From assembly GCA_964016885.1 (NCBI GenBank), contig OZ024741.1, positions 163,308,001 through 163,372,000 on the forward strand: DNA of 64,000 nt, in the 5' to 3' direction. Both the position numbers and the translations under genes were made by a program. Below, one piece after another: positions 59,868 to 64,000 of the stretch (position 1 is its first letter; each line of letters opens with the position of its first letter). The notes beneath the pieces were generated by a model. That model worked only from the letters and a program-made list of their open reading frames with translations. It made no database searches and was not told where the DNA came from. The stretch is from Eledone cirrhosa. Lineage: Eukaryota.

Positions 59868-62840
59868 CAGATTAAGGACCCCGACGGCTGAGCTCCGGCC
59901 GTTTTGACAGCTACATCCGAACTAAAGTGCCAGTATACGAGCGGCGGGAGTTTAGCTGAACTCCTCAAGGGGGATAATCCATATATGGGCAAACAGTCTA
60001 AGAAAAAATAATTCGACCTTATCAAATATTTTTAATCTGTAAAAATGGCTTTGTCCATTGTACATTAGGTTCAACAAGGAAAAATAATCAACGAGATCAA
60101 TACAGAGGGACAAAATATCCAGCCTTAAAATATCCGATCATACGGTACCTATCGACCGTCGTTCTCCTTATTTTACCCTTAAGGACCATAAGCCTGACTT
60201 CGAGCGTAAACCAACCATTAGGCTTATAAACCCGACGAAGTCGGATACAGGATACATAAGTAAAAGGAACCTGGATGGTATTATATCCAAAGTTAAGCAA
60301 CATGCCAGGCTTAGCCTATGGGTTAGTACTCAGGAAGTCCTCTCCTGTTTCAAGAATATCGAGGATAAAGGGAATACCTCTTTTATCAAGTTCGATATCG
60401 AGAATCACTACGCCTCGATAACCCAACCACTCTTTTTTGTCGCTTTAGATCATGACAAAACAATTATACCCATTTCCGACCAAGAAATTGAAATCATATC
60501 CCACGCTAGGAAAGCCGTCTTGTTCTTCGAAAATTCCACCTGGATAAAAAGAGCCCCAGACTCTCCGTTCGACGTTAGTATGGGTTCTACTGACTAGGCC
60601 GAGTTAACGGATTTCATAGGACTATTCATACTTCAAACACTCATTGGAAATTTTCCTGCGTTTGGAGATGGTTTTTACAGAGATGGCGGGCCCATTACCC
60701 TCACAGGCTACAACCCCAGTAGTACGGACCGGGTCCGTAAACACCTTACCAAATTCTTCCGAGATTTGGGTTTCAGAATCACCCTACAAACGCTCCTTAC
60801 CGATGTCAACTTTTTGGATGTAACACAAAATCTAGAGAACAATTTGTACTACCCCTACAGGAAACCGAACGAGAACTTACACTATATCCACTACTATTCC
60901 AACTATCCGAGGAATATTACCAATAATTTAGTAAAAAGTATCTCCCTCCGTATATCACGCTACTCTGCAAAGGAGCAGATCATCAATGAGCAGGCGCTAC
61001 TCTACAACCAGGCCCTCAAAAGAAGCGGCTTCAAGGAGGACCTTTCCTATTATTCAGGCCCAAGTTGCGGATCGAGCAAGCGACGCTGCCACTCACGCCA
61101 CCTAACGTGGTTCAATCCTCCCTACAGTTGGGAAGATCTTCCTCAGACTTCTGGACAAACACTTCCCAACCCAACAACGCTACCACAATATCATCAAAAG
61201 AAACGCTGTTAAACTTTAGTACATCCCTACACACAACTTTGCACAGAATATCGCTTCCTCTAACAACGCAAAACTCCTCTCGAACAGAAATAGCAACGAT
61301 ATCAGTGGTGAGCAAACTAGGAGGTGTAACTGTCCGGATAGATCATCGTGCCCCGTCAACAATAGATGCCGAAAACGAAACGTGGTCTATCAGTGCAACT
61401 TAAGGACGGAACATTCCAACAAGGACTACATCGGATTAACTGCATGCGAGTTCAAGACACGGTACTACCAACACCAATGTCCATTAGAAACCCGGCCGGC
61501 GACCCGCTACAGCACTTTCTGGCCATATTTGTGACCTCAAAGACAACAACATTACCTATAATCTAAACTGAAGCCTACTTTCCAAGGCAAAATCTTACTC
61601 TGGAGAACGCCGTCCGTGCAATTTATGCTCGAAGGAAACGATCCAGATGCTGTTTGCCAAGGACCAATTATTTAATAAAAAGGATGAACTCGTTACCTTG
61701 TATAAACACAGAATATATAGGACATATCTTACCTTCAAACCCTCTTACGATCCAGGTGGGTAGATCTTTGTTTAAATATCCTTCCCACTTACACACTAAG
61801 ATAGAGGAAGCCCAAACATATACATATTGCTCTTTAAGACTAGCCGATTAGATAGCTATGATACATGCACAGACTTATTACTCAGGCTTAAACACGAGGC
61901 ACCAGTTTAATCGCTGCCATTCCTGTACTGCAGCAATCGTACGCCTGGTATATGGAGTAAATGTGTACTATTATATACACATATATTAGGCCAGTGCGTA
62001 AGCACCATCAAAAACTTATTCTATTACTTCCTTTTGCTAAGGTATTGCGATGGCTTTGATATACCTGTTATAAATACAGTTTGAGGCATTTCTCATATAA
62101 AACAGAAATCCATAATACTATAGATTCTTAGCTAACTTACAAGAGCACGAGAACCGAAATAACTAGAACGATCTTTAAGATTAATGGGAGATTTATAGGT
62201 GTTTGAAATAAGTAAATTAGTGAACAAGGCGCTTTTCCCGGGCCATAGAGCAATTGATAACTAGATTTCTCTACGAGGAGGGGAGATAGTAATAAATTAT
62301 AAATGCTTAGCTTTTTAGAAAATCTTAAATAAAAAGCAAATTAAGAAACACAAATACACTACGCCATTCCCTTTCTCTTAAATACGCCGAAATTAAATTT
62401 TCTCTCGTTTTTTTATTATTTTTTACAGATTAGAAATATTTGATAAGGTAGAATTCTCTCTTAATAGAGTGTGTGTGCAACTAACTAGCTTAACATCTTC
62501 AGGTCAATAGGTTTATTAACCCATTTCCTCTTGCGTGTTATCTCGTCTAGCCCCTAGCCGCCACGAGTGTAATAAAATTTGATAATTCAAGACATTTAAC
62601 AGGACTAAGCCAGCCATTTGAACAAAGGTACGCAACCCGATCACCGACCACTCCCGGAGAAAAATAAAAAGAACGAAAAAACAAGAGGACTTTTAAGATT
62701 TTCTTTTTGCTTAGACTGTCTGTCCATATATGGATTATAGCCCTTGAGGAGTTCAGCTAAATTTACGCCGCTCGAACACTGACGCTTTTTTTCGGATCTA
62801 GCTGTCGAAACGGCCGGAGCTCCGCCGTTGGGGTCCTGCA
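59868..62840 (+). mobile_element. Neptune-like PLE, decayed, with an inverted 5' pLTR; related to family S stubs
   Basis: TLKDHKPDF..RLINP.KSDTG, FIKFDIE, FDVSMGS, YRDG, VNFLDV, YRKPN, WFNPPYS, CNC, CNLC; 59877-60040 is inverted relative to 62420-62450 and 62700-62838. Confidence 0.88.
62739..62835 (+). ncRNA. HHR-like motif with extended stem II (inverted twin at 59877-59974)
   Basis: CCC-TTGAGGA-GTTCAGCTA...TAGCTGTC-GAAA-CGGC(CGGAGCTCC)GCCG-TT-GGGG. Confidence 0.6.
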
Positions 62841-62926
62841 AATCATCAGAATACTACAGGGCATTGGCATTTATAGATACATCGGAGAATCAAGTGAATG
62901 AAAACAATAACAACAATAATAAAAGA

Positions 62927-63073
62927 TAATTGTTTCTACTTTAGGCACAAGGCCAGCAATTACCCAGTGCATTACTGGTACTTTATTTTATCGACCCCGT
63001 AAGGATGAAAGGCAAAGTCAACCTCCGCGGGATTTGAACTCAGATCGTAAAGGGACGTAACTATGCTGAAAAG
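62927..63073 (-). mobile_element. SINE family A, 5'-truncated
   Basis: Family motifs in reverse complement. Confidence 0.88.
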
Positions 63074-63399
63074 TATAAAGAAGTAGAAATGAAAATGATA
63101 AGGATGTAAAAAATATGTAAAAAATAAGTACAAAATACGGTTACTGATAATAGTAGTAGTGGCGGTGGTAGTTGAAGTTATAATGGTGAGTAAGAGGATG
63201 TGTAAAATAGTGATGACAGTAATGATAACAATAACATGAGAAGAAATACGATATATGATATGTAATGTATTGAGTTCATGGATTGGCGAAATAAAAATGC
63301 AAGAGGTACAATAAAATATCAGAGGATTAATTAAAAAAATAAAAAGTTAGGGAGAAAGAGATAAGGAACAGGAGATAGAAAATAAGAATAAGGATTCTA

Positions 63400-63987
63400 G
63401 GATGAGACATAAAGTGTAAGACAAAGGACGGAGAAGCAGTAGATAGACAGATAGAGAATAAAAAGTGAAAGGGCATGTGATGATATATGGGTGATTAAGG
63501 TCTGGTAGACTGATTGTTTTATCTTAATGGAGGTGATGCGGCTATAGAGAGAGAGTGAAAGAAAGGTTGGGAGATTCATGATATTGATTTAATGATCAGT
63601 AGGTCAGTTGACAGCTAATAACAGTGGAGTGGTGTGAAGCTAGTACATTTAAATCCGGGTGGTTTTGACTGAATTCCGAGATTCTTGGATCGAATCATGC
63701 CGGTTGCGGTTTGAAGTTAGAGAATTTGGTGGCTGTTTTGTGCCTGTCTTGTTAAGCAGAATTTCATCGTATTTTAAAATATGGAGCAGCTCCATATTAC
63801 ATAGTCCGCAGTGGGACATTCCATATTGTACTCCAAGAAGGACCTGCATGGGAATTCTCGTAAACTTGCTACCTAACTAAGGAAACCTCTTGTTGAGTCA
63901 AACAACACCGTACGTTAAAACTATCCATAGTACAGAGTACTCACAACCTCAAACTGGATTACCTAAAACGATAACTTGTTATCCCAT
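63400..63987 (-). mobile_element. PLE C-terminal fragment (end of GIY-YIG) with an inverted pLTR tail
   Basis: ORF 63649-63849: Y..SHCGLCNMELLHILK...LLNK, the PLE CxLCxxE..LNK motif; 63860-63987 matches 59730-59846. Confidence 0.6.
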
Positions 63988-64000
63988 ATATATATAGTTT

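Overview
AT-rich, repeat-dominated eukaryotic DNA. It is probably an octopod cephalopod; this is inferred from the SINE family and the RTE/R4/Penelope mix, not shown. No intact host gene is supportable, and most listed ORFs are (TA)n/(CA)n/(GA)n translation artefacts. The window holds about 13 tRNA-SINE copies, three hAT-type MITEs, tandem non-autonomous Helitrons, a rearranged RTE LINE, two R4/Dong-type LINEs in (TAA)n, and many decayed Penelope-like elements (PLEs, Neptune-like and Naiad-like) nested in (TA)n tracts. The main finding is a hammerhead-ribozyme (HHR) system. (i) A ~6 kb array at 40380-46410 of apparently identical, non-coding, highly structured 310-bp units, each carrying one type I HHR: 17 on + and 2 on -, joined by a PLE-style inversion and flanked by (TA)n. 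This is a candidate circular-RNA retrozyme. (ii) HHRs, several with atypical cores or long stem II, in the PLE termini. (iii) About a dozen tiny fold-back PLE stubs whose inversion points fall in or next to the HHR. All ribozyme folds and alignments were done by eye, and coordinates are approximate to a few bases.
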